Both the position numbers and the translations under genes were made by a program. Below the pieces are notes generated by a model. The model made no database searches, had not been told where the DNA came from, and was given only the letters and a program-made list of their open reading frames with translations. A DNA stretch of 62,016 nt, counting the filler, from Porpidia crustulata (taxonomy: Eukaryota), in the NCBI GenBank assembly GCA_964255105.1. It is 4 parts of 4 records of this genome, joined end to end, with 100 filler letters (N's around TTAATTAATTAA, not from the genome) between each part and the next. Parts side by side here need not be neighbours in the genome. Positions count along the whole stretch, not along the records: positions 46,608 to 62,016 come from CAXUWE010000312.1; 3 more parts are not named here. The stretch is one strand, 5' to 3'. Shown piece by piece: positions 49,791-62,016 of this stretch (position 1 is the stretch's first letter; every line of letters starts with the position of its first letter).

Positions 49791-51910
49791 ATCAATAAAT
49801 ATGTCCAAAAGTGCAGTAATCAGTAAATCTGGTGGTGTCGGTGGGTGATCGGCATTCCTGGTCTCGCTTTGTTTGTGCCTCTTTAGAAGGTACACCTTTC
49901 CTTTCATATCTGTTGAAGGATCGGAGGAGAGGAGAAGAAAGCAAATACTGACGATACACTACTAGACGGAAACACACGCGCTCCCAAGCCTATCATATCT
50001 AGCTATTGCCGAGCGTAGATCCTAGTTTGCACCCCCTTGCCCATGAGAACATTGTCTCGCGGTGGAACCGAGCAGTACAAGGAGTGCAGAGCACACCATC
50101 TTATCGTTGAAATCTTCCTCCAATCCATCCGCTCAAACCACCACCTTACCGTCTCTTAATCCTCTCGCGACAACTTAACGCCTTCCAGCCTCGTCCTATT
50201 CATCATGAACATCGTTCTTACTGGGGCCTCTCGATCTGCAACAAAGCAAATGATCTTTACGCCCCTAATCCCTTTCTTTGTCTCTGTAGTCAACGCATTC
50301 CTCTATCTATCCCCGGCCCAAGTAGGTGCGGATACTAAAATCTATACCTGTATTTCGAGCTGCGTGCATCCCACCGTTCTCTCTTGCTTGTATGGGTTGA
50401 AAGCCTTAGACTAGGCCTGTCATGAGCTGTACTAGAAGAAAATCGGTGTCACTGGGTTGGTCGAAGGGCATATCGCTAAAAACAATGGAATATCTCAAGC
50501 AAGATGAAGAGATCTAAAGGAGCCAGATGCGGATAAAGCAAACCGAGGTCCTAGAAAGGCAATAAGGTATCTAGTGCTCGAGATGCGTGCGATAGTAATA
50601 TGCAGTTTCGGACCCATCTCATGTTCGTGAGGTTTTGAGGCGAAATTCACAAATACATGTCATGTAAGTGGTCGGAATTGACATCTATGAAATCCAAACG
50701 TTTGGAAACGTCCACCCCATGCCTATCATCCCGCCCTTACACCTTATGCGCGATGCCCTAGTAGCAATCTCTCGACGAAAGAACGAAACACAGTCGGCTC
50801 ATCGACGCACCACCTGGGGGTTTCCACATTGGAATGACAGATTCCGGATAGTTATGACAGACATGGTGCTCCCGCTATGCAAACGTCCGGCCTTTTCGAA
50901 TCCGAGTTTGGGTATACACGTTGGCCACCCATCTCTTGTGTCCCAATGAGCAGGGCCAACTAACATTTTCCCAATCCTCTATTGATCTCCGGGATTTGCA
51001 ACGAGAACGATAAGTACGAGAAGGAGATTCCACAGGGCATGAACCCAACATCAAAGAGAGGTCACGGTGCAGAATACGTCACTTGCGAAACCATGGCCAA
51101 TCCCATGCATTACCGCGTCAGCGACGACATTGCTATACAGCCAGCGACGAGAAAACCAAAGGACTTAAATCGAAATTAGCAAAGCTCTCGCAACCTTAAG
51201 TCCCAACGCAACATCACAATGAAACAATCAAACGACGAGAATGGCAATAGAGTTTTGTTAACTGATCCATATCATACCTACTTCACCACGTCTCTGTCTT
51301 GGATTGGATACCTCGGCAGAGAACAAGGCCGGCATGAAGACAAGTACGATAATGATCCTCGAGGGGTAGCTGTTCCAACGCCAACGAAGTGGAGTTCAGA
51401 ACGGTTTTGTACTGACATCTATAAATACGGAGAATTGGCGACCAGACTGGAATCACACGGTAGACTGCGAGGCTGATGGATCATTTATTTTAAGTAGAGG
51501 AAATGGAGAATATTGAACTCAATGGCGGTCTTGTGGGACACGAGATACACGACGGAAAAGAGACAGGATTAGGAATGGGGGGGTTTTCCGATTAAGTTGG
51601 TGAGGGATGCGTGGGAATCCAACATACCATGGCCGCGTTTATGATCGGCATCGAGTTTGCCCCAGCGGAGGTTTGAAGCAGCATATTTCGTGACATGTAG
51701 AATATTTTAGCATTAGAAAAGCAAGAAGAAAGAAATATGACCACGGTTTAGAGTAAATTCACGGATCAAAGGAGACTCGGCTTTAGATCCATATATTGGC
51801 GCCAAATATGTACACGTTCTTTCATCTCGGCGATTCCTCTTCATTCCCATGTAAATGTATTCCAATGTAACGAGACGCAGCGAATCAGAGAAAATCTTCA
51901 CACGGCCATA

Positions 51911-53688
51911 TCACAATGTATACATAAAATCCGGTCTGGGACAATCGTTAGCTTGTCGTCATCATCATAGTAATGCTCGCAAGTTAAAACATACCTCATG
52001 TCCCCCAATAACTCAATCTCCTTCTCCGTCTTGCCCTCGATCCAGTAATCCCGCCTGCCGGCCCTCCTCTTGGCGTTCTCCCGCTTCAGCAGCAGGTGCT
52101 GCAGCAGGCTACCGAAGGTCAGGAAGACAATGAGGTAGGTGATGACGACCGCGTGGCCGAGACGGTACTTGGGTTTGTCCTTGACCCGGTAGATGTTGCT
52201 GCTCACGACGCCGTTGAGGTTGCCCCAGCCGATAACAAAACCGAGGGTCACGCCGCGCTTGTAGACGCCTTCCGTGTTGTTGGCGGCCCTGAAACCGGGT
52301 TAGCGGGCTGGGGTGCAAAGAGAGACCGTGTTCAAGAGTGATGCCGGGCTTACCAGACGATAGTATTGGCGATGCAGGGGTAAATGCCCAAGGCACCGAG
52401 GAAAGTTCCGGCGTATTGGATGGCGGGGGATTTGGCACTGAGAAGCATGCTGAAGCCGATGACGCCGAGGAGTGAAACACCGACGTTGCACAAGCCTCGC
52501 TGGCGTGTGCGATCCGCAATGTAACCGATGGTGATGGTCAAGATGGCGGCGGCAGCGTAGGGCGGCACCGTGAGCAGTTGGGCGGTCGTCGATGTGTAGC
52601 CCAGCTATAAGGCATATTTATCAGCACAACAGGTGGCGAATAGCTACGAATGTACTTACACCAGAAATGATGGTGGGGAGGAAGAGCGAGAAGGCGTAAA
52701 GAGGTCCGTCAGCGCCCATGTATATGACCGCAAAAATCCAGGTTTTGTAATCCTTAACGGAGGCCCAGAAGTACGAAATCTGGAAATTCTCGTGCTCTGC
52801 CGAGGATTGCTGGTCGGCCTTGAGGCGACGGATGACGCGTCGACGGTCATCGGGGGAGAGAAACTTGGCTTCATCGGGGAAATCGAAAACCATCCAGAAC
52901 GACGCAATTCCCACCAGCACTGTAGCCAACCCTTCCAGAATAAAAATCCAGGCCCAGCCACTCCTGCCTCCGACACCTTTCATCTGGCCGATGGCTGCAG
53001 CCAATAGCCCACCGAACGATCCCGACACGGCGGCGGCGGAGAAAAAGATGGCGGCGCGGATTCCAAACTCACTCCTCCGGTACCAGCAGGAGAGGTAATA
53101 GTTGATACCCGGGAACAGACCCGCTTCCGCCAAGCCGAGGAAGAACCGTGAGGTCATCAACCCTTGGAAATTATGACACAGCCCCATGGTCACCATCACA
53201 ATCCCCCAGACGGTCATGATGAGAGGGATGAAGATGCTCGGACGAAGGCGTTTTAGCAGCACGTTCGTCACCGGTTCGGCCAAGGAGTAGGAGACGAAGA
53301 AAACCGAGAGGGCAGCGTTATATTGACCGCCGGTTATGTGGAGATCCTGCTGCAGGCCATCCAATCTGGCATTCCCAATGTTGGTTCGGTCGAGGAAACT
53401 GATGAGGTAGAGTAGACACAGCCAAGGAATGAGTCGCAAGTCGAGTTTCCACAAGAGTTTCCTATCCTACGCGCGGGCTACTATCAGCAAAAGAATTGAA
53501 GGCATGCCAACTGGGGTAGTGAGGCTTACGATCGCGGCCCTCTCGGCATCGCTGAGATGCGCATCTGGATCAAGCGGAAGCTCCGAATGACCCAGGGTTT
53601 CAAAGGCACCTTGCTCGACGGCGATCTTCTCGTTGGAGCCCGAGTGGTCGCTATCGTCGCTTGGATGGTGCACTGCCGGCTTCTCCAT
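51911..53688 (-). CDS. MFS transporter, anion:cation symporter (allantoate/nicotinate permease, Dal5/Tna1-like)
   Basis: Motifs WKLDLRLIP, FLDRTNIGNA, RFFLGLAEAGLFPG, WAWIFILEG, FLPTII, LLTVPPY, NNTEGVYKRG, PDFMYTL. About four introns. Confidence 0.93.
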
Positions 53689-54379
53689 GATGTTCTCTGA
53701 AGTTAATTCCCGGTAACCTGCTCCAGTCTTTGTGTAAGAAGGAAGCAGGGCAGCGATCAATGGCAGAAGATAAGGCGAGGAGTGATGATTTATATTCCGT
53801 ATTACTCTTTAGATTTCAGCCGAGAGCCCGACCCATCGGCAATGGTCACTCTTCCCATACCCGTGATGATTCTCGTGGAGTCGCACGATGCCTCCAACCA
53901 TGTCGACCCCTTGTCAGAAATAGATTGTTCATCAACTCAATTACCGGCTGTTGATTGGCTTTTCCCCGCTGCATGTCCCATACTAATCCTCACTACTCCC
54001 ACTACTCTCCGCTACTCCAGGTTATGAAGATCTAGCCCCGGCGCCCCCGCCTTACTTAAAGACTTGGGGCTACTGAGTACCCAATCAGCTGGTAGGTCTC
54101 AGCAAGCATCAGCAAGCCTCGCCGGGACAATTAGGGCCATGACAGTAACGACGGTTCACTTTGAGGCCACGCGAAACGCTCATCTCTCTCATCTTCGGGA
54201 CCGTCGATCGGCAATTCCTGCAGCAGCCTGGAAATAGTACTAGTGGAACATTAACCACCACTGCTTGTCAATCAACTACTCACTGCCCAACCACCACCCA
54301 TGGAACGTACCGTTTAGATCTGATTTCCCCGTTCTGAAGACTTCTTCCTGCGTTCGGTGCAGCGGCGGTACATGTATAC

Positions 54380-54411
54380 ACCCCTCAATCGGCCAACCCC
54401 TTCAACCGGCC
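54380..54411 (+). repeat. Imperfect direct repeat resembling a Fot1/pogo left-end (TIR) remnant
   Basis: ACCCCTCAATCGGCC and ACCCCTTCAACCGGCC, about 80 bp upstream of the pogo ATG. No clear inverted partner downstream. Confidence 0.4.
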
Positions 54412-54489
54412 GCGCTAAGCCTTAGGGTCAGGGCTGGGAGGAACAGCGATATTTGATCGTCTTCTTTCCTCTTTACCTATTACATCGCC

Positions 54490-55716
54490 ATGACCTCATC
54501 AATCGAGCTGCCGAAAGAGCAGCGCTATGAGCTAGCTATTCAGGCCTTTCATTCCTTCCAGAAGGATCAACCAGATCAAGTCAACCTCTCAGTTCGAAAG
54601 CTATCACGTCAATATGGGCTACCCAGAAGTACTCTCCACGATCGCATTCACGGTAGACAAAGCAAGCAAACATTCGCGGCAACAAGGCAATTACTCAAGC
54701 CTGAGCAGGAGGAGGCTTTGGAAACATATATCATGCAATTGGTAGCTTGGGGTTGGCCTCCACGAGTCAATCAGGTTAAATGTTTGGCTGAGGAGCTATA
54801 TTCTCTTAATCATCCCACAGGGCCTCCCATCAAGATAGGAGTCAATTGGGTTCAGAAGCTGTTAAGCCGCCGCACTCAGCTGACTTCTGTTCTTAGCACG
54901 GCTGCGGATAAGAAGGAACGCATGGCCACGCATAACACCGAAAAGCTTGCACGCTGGTTCGCCTTGTATAAAAAAACCGTAGAAGATTATAAAATCGAGT
55001 CCAGAGATATTTACAATATGGTCGAGAAGGGCTTTGCCATGGGCATACAGGGAAAGATGAAGATAATTTGCTCCAAGCAGCATCGATCTCTGATGACTGC
55101 CGACGATAGTCGAGAGTGGGTCTCTCTCACTGAATGCGTCAATGTTATGGGCGAGGTCCTTAAGATGTGGATTATATTCAAAGGAAAGTATCAGCAGAAA
55201 TGTTGGATGGAGGCCTTAGAAGATGGTCACATCACCGCCAGCGAAAATGGATGGACCAACAACGGATTGGCCAACAATGAAATTGGAATTTCCTGGCTAG
55301 AGCGATGCTTCGAGCCGGAGACACGGGGAAGGCAACAAGGAGACTATCGTCTGCTGATCGTTGACGGCCATCAGTATCATTTAACCAGTAAAGCCATCGA
55401 TTTCGCGACGAAGCATAACATCATTATACTTTGTCTCCCATCTCACTTCACCGATCTATTACAACCGTTGGACGTTGGTGTCTTTGGACCTCTGGCTCAA
55501 GCCTACCGGAATGAGCTTGAAGCAATGACTCGCTTCGGCCTTGGCTATGCCATTGACAAGACGGACTTCATCATGATGTATCAGAAGGCTCGAAGTACTG
55601 TCATGACCCCCCAAGTCATTCAATATGCTTGGGCGAAATCTGGATTATGGCCACTCCATCCCGAGAGTGTACTAGGAAGTCTTCCCTCCAGAAATCCCCG
55701 AAATCTTGACCTCTGA
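54490..55716 (+). mobile_element. Fot1/pogo-type (DD35D) transposase ORF, intact frame, first catalytic Asp replaced
   Basis: HTH_psq-like SVRKLSRQYGLPRSTLHDRIHG; CENP-B-type HTH (EQEEAL, GWPP, IGVNWV); IYNMVEKGF; REWVSLTECV; NGWT; RLLIVDGH; LLQPLDVGVFGPL. Confidence 0.88.
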
Positions 55717-57304
55717 GATGAATTTCAAGACGGAATTTCGCTTGGAGAGCTCTCAAGCAGCATTTGGTCCTGGGCCATTGTTTGCTAGCAGCTCGACAAT
55801 GTTTATGGGTAGGTAGCGAGTAGTCGATTGAAAATGTCAAGAAAGGGCCTGACCATCTCACTTCGCGTAGCATCAATCCGCATGTCCAGACATTGCCCAG
55901 AACGTCTCTATCAGGCTGTCCGATACCCTGATGGTGATGATCTATCTGAGCATGCGATTTTCATGTGGACCGTGCTGTTCCAATACCAGCGTACTGGGTC
56001 TTATGTGAGAGAAGGGAGACCAACAACGACTCCACGCATGTACGACATAAATCACAAGCTCTGGTGACTGACTCTCCATCTCCTGTTATCGGGCAGAATT
56101 TTTGTTGCTATTCATGGACCTTGTTTTGCTTTCTTCGGACGTTAGAATTAGGGACCTAGCAGTGCTGACATTCTCAAACACTTTTTAAGGAAATACATGG
56201 TTTACGATAACGAAGTGCTAATTCAATCAAGGAAAGAATTGAAATGTATTTCACAAAGCGGTTAAGTTCGTCTACGTTGTACTATCTGTTATCCAATTGA
56301 GCACTGAATATCCAAATCTACTGTTGTTGCATGCTTGTCCGGCTGTTGCTTGCTTTCATTCTTCCCGCTTTATGATATGGGGTTTTACGTGCGCCAAAAG
56401 CCGAGTCCTCGTCATCCTGTCGACGACCAGTATTCAACATAGACAGATCTGTAATAGATACCGTTGCAACGTTCTTGAACATTGTCCATTCGGTCACTTG
56501 AGTGCATCGCTGAATCGGTCTTATACAACTCTTTCTACGCTCTGAAGGATATACTGCGTCAGCCGCTTTCCTGCGCGTCAACATGTGAATGCGTGGTTCG
56601 TCAGATCAGGAATGAGTCATTGAGGGTCGTTCCGTTCTCATCTTCATTCCCACCTACGCCAAAAAGTGTTCGCCTTTTGATCTCCCAACCGTACAAGATG
56701 TAACACTCAACAAGATCTTGCTACATTCTTCATGTTGGTTCACTCTTACTTGCGTGATTGATCTCAAATGCTGACACAACATTGGGAAAGGACCTATGTT
56801 ACGTCGCAATCATTGCTATATCAGAATCACCTTGCAATCACAGTCTCCTGCCTTCTCGCGCCAATTCAAAGCTGTTAACGTCCCATTGCCTCGCCGATCG
56901 ATCACACAAGACTTCCGGCGTATTTCGTTAGATTCACCTCGCAATTACACAGTTATGCACAACATCTAGACCGATTTTTCCGTCAAGATCGTGTTCCTAG
57001 CCCTTGAAAGTTTCCACCGCGCTATCAAGTTAAACATTGACCTTCAAAATTTGACGGTCTCGAATTTGTCATCATTACTACATTCAATTGTGCATGACAA
57101 TTTCTTCAGCAACACCACTGCTTTGGCTCAGTTGCATCTCGATACAGTGCAAAGTGGCTCTTGCTAGTACTACATACCGTCATGACTTACTGCAGTCACT
57201 TGGGCTATGCGTCTTCTTTTTCAATTCTTTCTGCTGCCCCCGGGTACCATTTACCGGTATGTAGTCCAAGTGCAAGTCATGCCTGGGCAAGCTGTGCACC
57301 CAAT

Positions 57305-59154
57305 ATGAACATGATTTTTGAATTGTCCTCTCGCGTGGGTTCGCTGGAGGCACAGGTCGAGAAAATGCGCACAGAAAAAATCGACGCGGAAATGGCTGTA
57401 CAATCTTCACTGCGCGAAGGCATCGATATGGCTGCCCGAAACGCAAGTGCGTGTTCCGCAATCAGAAGGTTACGCACTCGACTAGCACACACCAAGCAAG
57501 AGAACCATGTGCTAAAGCTTCGAATGCGCCTTACTAATCACTTATTCGCCGATATCTCTCTTCGAACTCGGAGGACTATTAAGTCAGATCTAGAGAGCCC
57601 AGGTCCAGTCATCAACGCAAGCTACAAGAAAGTTTCGGAGCCAGCAGATCTCCAGGTGACCGACAATTTGCTTATTGATTTTTCGACTTCGGACGAATCG
57701 ACGGACAGTGAGTTTCCGAAGGACAATGTGGACTTATCCGTCGGCTTAGACAAGAAGACAGAGCATGATGAGGGGTTACATAACAGTGGAGACGATACGC
57801 CAGGGTATCAAAAGCTTACCTCATATGACACTGCTGATCTAACTTGCGATTCATATGTTTATCGGTTTGGTCATGGGAATACTTGTGGTGGACCAACTGT
57901 CAATACTGAGGCAAACCCAAAGCTGAGGGATCAAGTTGTGCCCGATCTTCAGGTAAGAACAATACGGATTGAAAGTTATTATTGACTAATTTCTTGCAGG
58001 GATCCAAGTTCACCCTCAGTCCTTCTGCTTCAGGTTACGCTGCCAGGAGCAACGATTTGCCTGTTGTCAAGAATACGTCACCTCATCATGCGACTGTTGC
58101 AAATAGCGTTTCGACATCAGACAAGCACAGTACCATCAGACCGTCGCCCTATGCATCGTTCAGTAGTACGGAAACAATGTTGAATTCTGACGAGAATCGG
58201 AATTCTCTAGACTTCATGAATAAGAAGCTCTACGCCACGAACCCGAATTTGTCAAGCACAGTAATATTTTCTTCCCAAGCCGAGCGTCAACGCGCAGTGG
58301 AGCTTAATCGCTATACGGCGGGCCCGCACGATCTTCGATTCCCAGATCTATTCAGACATGGCATCCGCTTTGGCCCTGAGCCATCTCAGCGGGATATATA
58401 TCGCACGATACTCGTTTCGAATATACCTGCGGACGTCGACATCACTGCACTTCTGGATCAAGTAAGAGGTGGTATAGTCATTAATGCAAGTCTTCTGGAT
58501 ACAGTCAGCATTACCGGCAGCAAGACGGCGTTGATAGTCTTCGTCCACGAGCATGAAGCTTTGGCCGTCGAAGAGCATGCTAGTGTACACCGTATCACTT
58601 TCGGCAGCAGGTTGGCCCGGGTCAAAATTGTAAATACCCCAACATGGCCTACGGCAATGCATCTTCGCAAGGCTATCGAGGATCATCATCATACCCGTTG
58701 CTTAGAAGTACACGACTTTCCCCGCTCTGTGTCACGCGCAGCACTACGCCGTGACCTCCGAATGTGTGAGGCTGTAACGTGTGATGCAATCGAGTACATG
58801 GAGATACGCTCGGATGGGGTCCTGGAGATTCGCTTCTTATCAACTTGCCAAGCTGGACGAGCGTTCGGAATATTCACCAGCTTTCGTAGATATCGCCAGT
58901 GCTCTACATATTTCACGCCTGATCCTTGTGCTCGTCCGCCACAAGTGATGAACAACGACAAGAAATGTGAGGGAGAAATCCAGCTCAAGGATGGTTCTGA
59001 TACTGATCGGCACGAGGAAGCTGTGATTGGTCTGATAGTTGACTCTACTGTCACCGAAGAAGTCGGTCGACTCATCGTGACAGACTGCGATGATGGCATT
59101 TGTCAGCACTCGCGGCCAATGCCTCGAGGTCGGGGATTTCATTCCGCAGTTTGA
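57305..59154 (+). CDS. Hypothetical protein: N-terminal coiled coil and C-terminal RRM-like domains (start uncertain)
   Basis: Two ORFs joined by intron 57953-57999. RTILVSNIP...LLDQVRGG, TALIVF, TRCLEV, YFTPDPC resemble divergent tandem RRM folds. Confidence 0.65.
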
Positions 59155-60017
59155 ACACTTTTTTGCGGGCGATTTCTTACTCGCTGTACGTCAAATCGCC
59201 GCCTGCCACGTATCTGGAAGCAGTCATCGCTCATCACTCGATGACCTTCTCTACATCTACACCCAATTAGTTTCATTATCCTCAGGATCCCTATCATAAG
59301 CTTCGACGGACAGGCTTGACTTGTTAATCGGCTTTTGGTGACTTGACATTTGCCATGATTTTGGCCCAGGCGATCAAGCATCCTTGAATCAAGGTGAACG
59401 GCAATCAGATTTTTACTTCTTGACAGCTCTTTCGATTATAGTTGACGAAATTCACACAGAAGTGCTTTCCAAATGTGTCTTCTCAATCAATGAGAAGTTC
59501 AATGCCTGCATTACTATAGCTAGCTACGTTGTTCAGCCTCGTAATAAGACTCGCTCTGGTGGCGTGCGAGACGTTATCGTTCAGACCCAATAGGGATCAT
59601 CGTTAATAGCAACGTATCTATTAATGATCCGTCGTTATTTCATCGCACTCGGATGTAGAGAGATTAAGACTTTTCCGATTAACACACTGCTTGATACATT
59701 GCACTTTCGGAGTAATCACCTTCCATTCGTCGTGACTCCATAGTATGAAAAGTAGATCATAATGATTGATTCATTACTGAGTATGCAGTTACGCATAGCC
59801 CAGTTGCAAGGGTTAGAGTAGGGAGAAGGTAGGATGAAGATTATCGATTATGACCTCGTCGCCACAATTAGCCCAGACAAAGACGGTGACGAACTGTTCG
59901 GTGGAGAGACTATTGTATTCGTAGCTACCATATGTTACACGACACTGAATACGCCACGCCGCCATCATGCCGACCCTCGACTGCAACATCCTGACCTCGT
60001 AGTCTGTCCCAACCCTT

Positions 60018-60867
60018 TCACAAAAAGCTCTGCCTCTTTTTGTTATACGCGCGTTGATCCTTCATCCAGTGCCGGAATTCGCTCACGCTGCCAATCTTCT
60101 CGCCGTAGTAGTCCGGCACCGGATTGGCGAATGACTGGCTCGAGGGATCAACGCGGTATCGCCGGATTCTACGGTAGAAGTCTTTCTCTTTCTAGAAGCC
60201 ACGTATAGTGTTAGCCATCCTATTCAATGTGGGATCTCTCAGTCCAACTACTGTTTGCGCCCAAGTACAACATATACGACGAAAGTCTTCTACCCACCTC
60301 GGCGATCTGGCCACCAACCCTCCGATGCACCATTCCGAACACCGCGTTCCCCACAAACGGCCCCAGCAGCCATCCAAGCGCTCCCGAGCCCGCCGTCGCC
60401 AGCCCCAGCACGATGAAAGGGTCCAGCCCGAACAGCCCGCCCAGGTGCTCGAAATTCTGCTGGCTCATCACCGTCACCCCGACGGATGTGGTCCCCACTG
60501 ACGTGAGGAAGGACGCGGCGAGGTTGTAGCGCCGGCGAGTCTTACGCAGGGCGAGGTAGTCATTCCAGGTCACGGTTGTGGACGGTTGAGCAGCAGAGGT
60601 AGTCGTGGGTGCGGGTGCAGGAGACGAGGCGGAGGTTGAAGCGAGGCGGACGAGCTGTAGCGATGAGGCGCATCGAGCCTTGTTTGTGGGGGACTGCCGC
60701 CTGAGCGAGAGGGATAGTGTGGGGTGAAAAGCTTTGAGGTTTGTGGGTTGAACTCGTCGGTGAGATAGAAGGGGTGTAGGTGTCACGGCGCAACGTGGTG
60801 CGCACGGAAGCTGAACCTTGAGGGATACGAGAGAAGGTCCCAGCCGCGATGATGGATTGGTGAGCAT
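60018..60867 (-). CDS. PAM17: Mitochondrial presequence translocase-associated motor subunit Pam17
   Basis: Arg/Ser-rich presequence, TWNDYLALRK, FGLDPF, GWLLGP; second exon RVDPSSQSFANPVPDYYGEKIGS...WMKDQRAYNKK. Confidence 0.93.
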
Positions 60868-62016
60868 CTTAAGAACGTTGCGATGGAACTATCAATGTAG
60901 AGTAGAAGATTGTGAGTCGCAGGTCTATCTGGTTACGACGGCTGCTGGGAGTCTATGGGTTGAGGCGGCTATCGCGGCGATAACTTTCCTTCTTTATCCT
61001 CGCGGCAGCGGTATTATCCGTACACATGAAATAAATAGTTTACACAATTGCAATGCACACCAATTTATGGTCAAAACACGTTCGTAGAGTACATAAGGAG
61101 ATATGAATTTGATAGACAGAGTTGAAATCTCTCCTCTCTGGTTCGGAAGTGTGCCGGGCAACGGCAAGGGAAAGTCGGGTCGTTTGGCCTGTCTATAAAT
61201 TGGTACAATAATATCGCACTACGACAAAGCTGGCGCTGGTCATTGGAGCAATATTGGAGTACAGATGACCCTGCGCATGTGCAGACTCATCTGCTCTTTT
61301 GCGCTTAGGATGGTTTGAACCTAACAAAGTGCTTTACTATTTGGAAGACTAATGGGGAACAACATTAAGCTAGTACAAAATGTGATCGAGAGCCCAAAAG
61401 AAGTCGAGGAGGTGAATATCGTATCCCTAGAATTGGGTGGACCTAGGAGGAGGAACTTGCCCAATAGACGGCGAGAATCAAACAATTCAGCATGTTTAGA
61501 GATAGACTGCGTTACTGTGTTACTGCACAGGCGGTCTGTAGCACCTTCATCCTTCGGGAGGCTGCCCACAAATTGCTATGATTCAAAGGGAACGATAGGG
61601 TTGCAGATGTTTGTAAGGGTGCGCCGGTCGTCCTTGAATTGCTGTAATAAGACAGGAATATCAACTTACCGTGGGTACCTAAGATGCGTGTCACTGCACC
61701 GAGGGGAATGGGAAATGGAATTGCCAAGGCGCACAAGGTCGTCAATTAAGGTGTCGGGCGCCGCCATACGCGTTCTGGTGTTTCGGCCGTTCGCGGAAAG
61801 GATACAACTTGTTAGAAGCCAGTAGGAAGATTGTAGCAGTGCGACACTTGATAAAACTCAGAATGATGATTAGAATGCAAGCCAGATTGCTTGACATATT
61901 GGCTCAAACCTTGCCAGGATTGAATACCAGTTGACGCCTTGGCAATGATTCCGATTGAAACAGTTGCAAAAGTGATAGTGGAAGGAGGGGGTAGCGCACT
62001 TAGAGGGGAAATGGGG

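Overview
This is eukaryotic DNA from a filamentous ascomycete (Pezizomycotina-type short GT-AG introns with CTRAY branch sites). It is not one locus. It is four unlinked contigs (1-15443, 15544-30984, 31085-46507, 46608-62016; 15443, 15441, 15423 and 15409 bp, so sorted by size) joined by an artificial 100-nt spacer N44-TTAATTAATTAA-N44. Contig 1: pseudouridine glycosidase-kinase fusion divergent from OST1, a 1.3-1.4-kaa intronless unknown ORF, a degenerate intron-containing tRNA-Lys(CTT), an atypical SDR, and truncated MCM4. Contig 2: truncated CECR5-type HAD hydrolase, F-box/LRR protein, sugar porter, GPI-anchored fasciclin, and an A-T-R NRPS-like reductase. Contig 3: truncated secreted Cys-repeat protein, beta-carbonic anhydrase, a ~1270-aa unknown membrane protein, and velvet VosA. 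Contig 4: branched-chain aminotransferase, Tc1-type and Fot1/pogo-type transposase ORFs, an ACS-family MFS transporter, an RRM-like protein, and PAM17. Best leads: (i) two transposase ORFs with intact frames that have each lost a catalytic Asp (possible domestication); (ii) a long stem-loop inside the oversized first intron of the carbonic anhydrase; (iii) a secreted protein with tandem 6-Cys defensin-like modules; (iv) two large proteins of unknown function. No multi-gene novel system can be demonstrated from sequence alone. Family assignments are from recognised motifs, not database searches.
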